NCBI GenBank assembly: GCA_965116925.1
Contig: OZ220744.1
Location: 192,001-256,000 of the forward strand
Length of the DNA: 64,000 bases
Reading direction: 5' to 3'
DNA from: Candidatus Poribacteria bacterium
GTDB lineage: Bacteria > Poribacteria > WGA-4E > PCPOR2b
Position 1 is the stretch's first letter. Every line of letters starts with the position of its first letter. Shown piece after piece: positions 61,220-64,000 of this stretch. A model generated the notes under the pieces. That model worked only from the letters and a program-made list of their open reading frames with translations. It made no database searches and was not told the origin of the DNA. The position numbers and the translations under genes were made by a program.

Positions 61220-62113
61220 ATGAACGTTGGTTTCATCGGTCTGGGTAATATGGGCAATCCGATGGCAGCAAACCTCCTCAAAGCCCAATACAACTTAACA
61301 GTCCACGATCTCCGTCGTGAAATGGGACAGCCGCTTGAGGATGCCGGCGCAAAGTGGGGGACAAGCCCAAAGAACGTAGCAGCCCAATCAGACGTGGTGC
61401 TTACTTCGCTACCGGGGCCCAAAGAGGTCGAAGCAGTTGTTCTCGGTGAAGACGGTATCTTCGCAGGTCTGAACAGCGGCGGTACTTACATCGATCTGAG
61501 CACCAACTCACCCACAACCCTACAGAAAATCGCTGAAATTGGTGCGTCAAGAGGATTCCACGTCCTCGACGCGCCGATTAGTGGCGGCGTATTTGGTGCG
61601 AGAGACGGGACGCTCACCATATTTGTGGGTGGTGAGCAGACGGATTTTGAACGGCTTCAACCCCTGTTTCAGAGCATCGGTAGCCATATCGCTTACATGG
61701 GACCGATAGGTAGTGGACACGTAACCAAATTGGTAAACAACTTCATCATGTTCATCAATTTTGCTGGTGTTTGCGAAGGGATGGCGATGGGTGCCAAGGC
61801 GGGCATCCACCCACAAGCACTGCTCGATGTGATCAAGACCAGCACAGGCGATAGTATGTACCTGCGCCGAACAATCGGTTTACTCTTGGCTGGCGAGGAT
61901 GTGAACTCCGCTGCGGATCTGGCCGTTAAAGATGTGCACTTGGCGGTCGAACTGGGCAAGGAACTTGACATACCGATAGAAATCGGTCCGCTAGTCGAAG
62001 ATATTTTTAGGGCGTTCTGCAGTAAAGGACGTGGGCAGGAGGACCAGCTAGAAATCATGCGAGATTTTATGCTGAGATCGGGAGTAGATGTGCCGGAAAG
62101 AAAGTCATCATAG
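61220..62113 (+). CDS. 3-hydroxyisobutyrate / beta-hydroxyacid dehydrogenase family
   Basis: GFIGLGNMG, DAPISGG, TKLVNN. Confidence 0.9.
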   Translation: MNVGFIGLGNMGNPMAANLLKAQYNLTVHDLRREMGQPLEDAGAKWGTSPKNVAAQSDVVLTSLPGPKEVEAVVLGEDGIFAGLNSGGTYIDLSTNSPTTLQKIAEIGASRGFHVLDAPISGGVFGARDGTLTIFVGGEQTDFERLQPLFQSIGSHIAYMGPIGSGHVTKLVNNFIMFINFAGVCEGMAMGAKAGIHPQALLDVIKTSTGDSMYLRRTIGLLLAGEDVNSAADLAVKDVHLAVELGKELDIPIEIGPLVEDIFRAFCSKGRGQEDQLEIMRDFMLRSGVDVPERKSS

Positions 62114-62148
62114 CTTCCCTCTCAGATATACGCACCTTCTCTTTTATT

Positions 62149-62231
62149 AGCTAATGAAAAAAGAAAACGCACAACACGAAAATAATTCGTAGGGGCGGGG
62201 TCTCCCCGCCCGTGCTTGCTTAACATGAGCC
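62149..62231 (+). mobile_element. Degenerate MITE family 3 copy with a single REP
   Basis: ...GTAGGGGCGGGGTCTCCCCGCCC...TTAACATGAGCC. Confidence 0.6.
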
Positions 62232-63224
62232 TCACTTTTCAGCATCTATGACCTGTCTTTTGATTGCTCCCCAAGATGTTGATAGCTTCCCCACAGCTTC
62301 CACCGCGAGCGGAGCATCGTGCAGAAAAACAAACCTGCTTTGACCATCGTCGGTCAGATGCCGAACTTCTTGGGTGTCAACATTCGCCACTACCACATCC
62401 GCTTCTACCACACCGTCGGGATGCTCAGGACCACTCGTACCGACAATATGCGTGTTGTCCGGTAACCATTGCCCCCACGCTGGCATCACCTCATCATTAA
62501 GACGAACCAGATTTCTGGCTAACGCATCACCGAGAAACAATCCCTCCATTCCGTCTTCCTCTATCGACCCGAGGACAATTGTCCGTTTCCCGTTTGGGGA
62601 CCAACGAATTCTGTAGGCAAAGAATCGGTGATTCATCTCTCTTGCCTTTGCGTTGGGATCCGCGTCAACCCAATGCAGTTTTGCACCGCGTTTAAGGACG
62701 GTAAAGCCGATGCGCTTGCTGTCCGGAAACCAAAAGGGAAAGTACATGTTTGCTTCTATATCAGTAGCAATTTGAAAGGAGTTGAGTCCTTGAGCATCCG
62801 TCACATACAATTGAGTGGTGGGACGTAAATCCGGATGATAGGCTTGATAAACAATCCATTTGCCATCTGGTGACCATTCCCCATCCGTATTGACCGGACG
62901 CGGCGGGTTAGCAAGGAGTTTCCGCAAACCGCTGCCGTCCAAATTTATCACCATTAGTTCACCTTTACGCCAAGGTGGCAGCATAAACAGAATTTGCTGC
63001 CCATCTGGGGAGAGTATCGGATTGTCCATCGGAACAGGTGATTCGAGGACCAGTTCCTTGTTTGCCCCATTGATATCCATCCGCCAAAGATTTCGTTCCC
63101 ACTTTCCGGTCGGCATGTAGTAAATCTTCAATTTTGCATGCACCATGTGACTCACGCCAAAAATCAATAGACAAAACCAACCGAAGCAGAAGGATTTGCA
63201 ATACGTCCCGATTCTGCGTTTCAT
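62232..63224 (-). CDS. Secreted TolB/PD40-like beta-propeller protein
   Basis: SPDG/WSPDG repeats, signal peptide; tail AVEAVGKLSTSWGAIK. Confidence 0.8.
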   Translation of the reverse strand: MKRRIGTYCKSFCFGWFCLLIFGVSHMVHAKLKIYYMPTGKWERNLWRMDINGANKELVLESPVPMDNPILSPDGQQILFMLPPWRKGELMVINLDGSGLRKLLANPPRPVNTDGEWSPDGKWIVYQAYHPDLRPTTQLYVTDAQGLNSFQIATDIEANMYFPFWFPDSKRIGFTVLKRGAKLHWVDADPNAKAREMNHRFFAYRIRWSPNGKRTIVLGSIEEDGMEGLFLGDALARNLVRLNDEVMPAWGQWLPDNTHIVGTSGPEHPDGVVEADVVVANVDTQEVRHLTDDGQSRFVFLHDAPLAVEAVGKLSTSWGAIKRQVIDAEK

Positions 63225-63249
63225 ACCTATTCTCCTTGTTGAGGGCATT

Positions 63250-63392
63250 TATAGTGGATCTTAGAATTAATGCGACACTCCAAACCGGTGCGGTTGGAAA
63301 CCGCACCTACCGGGTTGGAGTGAATGCGGGATGGTTAGGGTGCCGCACCTATCGGGGGCGCAGGCGTCTATTTATTTTTGAAATTCACCATA
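63250..63392 (-). mobile_element. MITE family 1 copy (reverse) with a partly duplicated REP
   Basis: TATAGTGGATCTTAGAATTAATG...TTTATTTTTGAAATTCACCATA. Confidence 0.8.
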
Positions 63393-63427
63393 GTTCTCTG
63401 TAGGAGGGCTCTCCGAATCCCGATATC

Positions 63428-64000
63428 TCACTGATTAACCCGCTTGAGCCACCCCCATATTATGGATTTCTTGCCTGCGGGGGCAACCGCAGCGGGAGCA
63501 ATCGCAAGATTCGGGTGAAACCACGTAGGAGCCATGTCATTCCCGAACATCACGTTGGTGAGGTTTTGAAGGTTTTGACCATTAGCGTCCATCACAAAGA
63601 TATCGAAACTCCTAACTCTATTAGACGCAAAGGCAATGCGTTTGCCATCAGGAGACCAAGAGGGCGAAAAATCCCTATCCGGATGATTTGTAAGTCTTCG
63701 CGGATTACCCCCATCGACGTCCATTACGTAGATGTCGAAGTTCCCATCCCTATCAGATGAGAAAGCAATACGTTCACCGTCAGGAGACCATGAGGGATCC
63801 CAATCAGCCACCGGATTGTCTGTGAGCCTTTGCGGATTACCCCCATCTGCATCCATCACATAGATTTCTCCCCACTCGTGATCCCTATAGGACACGAAGG
63901 CAATGCGTTCACCATCAGGAGACCATGCGGGAGAATCGTCAGCAAAGGGATGGTTTGTGAGTTTTTGTGGATTCGCGCCATCTGCGTCCATCACGTAGAT
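63428..64000 (-). CDS. TolB/PD40 repeat protein, C-terminal part (start outside the window)
   Basis: Repeated IYVMDADG.NP..LT and PSWSPDG; tail AVAPAGKKSIIWGWLK. Confidence 0.9.
   Translation of the reverse strand: MYVMDADGANPQKLTNHPFADDSPAWSPDGERIAFVSYRDHEWGEIYVMDADGGNPQRLTDNPVADWDPSWSPDGERIAFSSDRDGNFDIYVMDVDGGNPRRLTNHPDRDFSPSWSPDGKRIAFASNRVRSFDIFVMDANGQNLQNLTNVMFGNDMAPTWFHPNLAIAPAAVAPAGKKSIIWGWLKRVNQ

Overview
Chromosomal window from a Gram-negative-type bacterium. The gene style (secreted LamG and PD40 proteins sharing a C-terminal 'AVxPxGKLxTTWxxLK' tail, plus PhyH, NHL and sulfatase-like enzymes) suggests Candidatus Poribacteria; this is an inference, not a tested assignment. Housekeeping genes (partial AddA/UvrD helicase, ligA, hisG, glcB, dppABC, polA, dnaK) alternate with catabolic enzymes. 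Main points: (1) a ~10 kb expanded Rsb-type partner-switching locus with 5 STAS proteins, 2 RsbW-like kinases, 2 PP2C phosphatases, a hybrid His kinase and a single-domain receiver but no sigma factor, divergent from a cNMP protein / AI-2E transporter / class II terpene cyclase / glycosyltransferase run; (2) a shared C-terminal tail on six proteins of two unrelated folds, a candidate sorting signal; (3) several families of non-autonomous miniature elements that carry GTAG-REP hairpins as cargo and nest inside one another, including a 101-nt element of constant length with variable interior; (4) an unannotated 45-aa Lys/Arg-rich ORF; (5) a sigma-54-type promoter upstream of a receiver gene and dnaK. 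No tRNA, rRNA, CRISPR array or transposase was recognised. Start codons were adjusted by eye to the best RBS-supported start; protein calls come from motif recognition, not database searches.
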